DNA of 64,000 nucleotides from the human T2T-CHM13v2.0 reference genome, Homo sapiens. Of this stretch, positions 61,535 to 64,000 are shown one piece after another. Both the position numbers and the translations under genes were made by a program. Where the stretch lies: assembly GCF_009914755.1 (NCBI RefSeq), contig NC_060927.1; one strand, 5' to 3'. Position 1 is the stretch's first letter; the number at the start of each line of letters is the position of its first letter. The notes beneath the pieces are model-generated. The model saw only the letters and a program-made list of their open reading frames with translations, had not been told where the DNA came from and ran no database searches.

Positions 61535-62129
61535 CTTTGTGGTTTTATCTACTTTTGGTCTTTGATGATGGTGATGTACAGATGGGTTTTTGGTGTGGAT
61601 GTCCTTTCTGTTTGTTAGTTTTCCTTCTAAGAGAGAGGACCCTCAGCTGCAGGTCTGTTGGAGTACCCAGCCGTGTGAGGTGTCAGTCTGCCCCTTCTGG
61701 GGGGTGCCTCCCAGTTAGGCTGCTCGGGGGTCAGGGGTCAGGGACCCACATAAGGAGGCAGTCTGCCCGTTCTCAGATCTCCAGCTGCTTGCTGGGAGAA
61801 CCACTGCTCTCTTCAAAGCTGTCAGACAGGGACATTTAAGTCTGCAGAGGTTACTGCTGTCTTTTTGTTTGTCTGTGCCCTGCCCCCAGAGGTGGAGCCT
61901 ACAGAGTCAGGCAGGCCTCCTTGAGCTGTGTTGGGCTCCACCCAGTTCAAGCTTCCCGGCTGCTTTGTTTACCTAAGCAAACCTGGGCAATGGTGGGCGC
62001 CCCTCCCCCAGCCTCCCTGCTGCCTTGCAGTTTGATCTCAGCCTGCTATGCTAGCAATCAGCGAGACTCCGTGGGTGTAGGACCCTCTGAGCCATGTGCG
62101 GGATATAATCTCCTGGTGCACTGTTTTTT

Positions 62130-64000
<1,871 letters not shown>

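Overview
Hominoid, probably human, AT-rich intronic DNA with no prokaryotic features. One gene fragment is recognisable: a 123-nt phase-1/phase-1 exon (1219-1341, +) encoding a calcium-binding EGF module with a lost cysteine and an in-frame TAG. From memory it matches Egfem1, so this is probably the unitary pseudogene EGFEM1P (3q26.2; needs BLAST). The remaining ~62.6 kb appears to be one intron filled with transposons: a full-length old L1MA4-like element, a nested L1 stack at 46.7-64 kb, Alus, MaLR/ERV LTRs, DNA-transposon fossils, and MIR/L2 relics. The L1 stack comprises an old L1MA, a twin-primed L1PA, a young L1PA2/3 with intact ORF1, and an L1PA2 inserted in the latter's 5' UTR. The most unusual structures are: (1) a near-perfect inverted duplication with 667-bp arms and a 175-bp spacer (42104-43612); (2) an older 132-bp inverted copy of an LTR end; (3) an L1 ORF0 rewired by a nested insertion into a 74-aa ORF with a hydrophobic tail; (4) an LTR12 solo LTR in sense orientation within a three-layer nest. 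I found no convincing new multi-gene system. Repeat subfamily names come from remembered consensus sequences and need RepeatMasker/Dfam confirmation.
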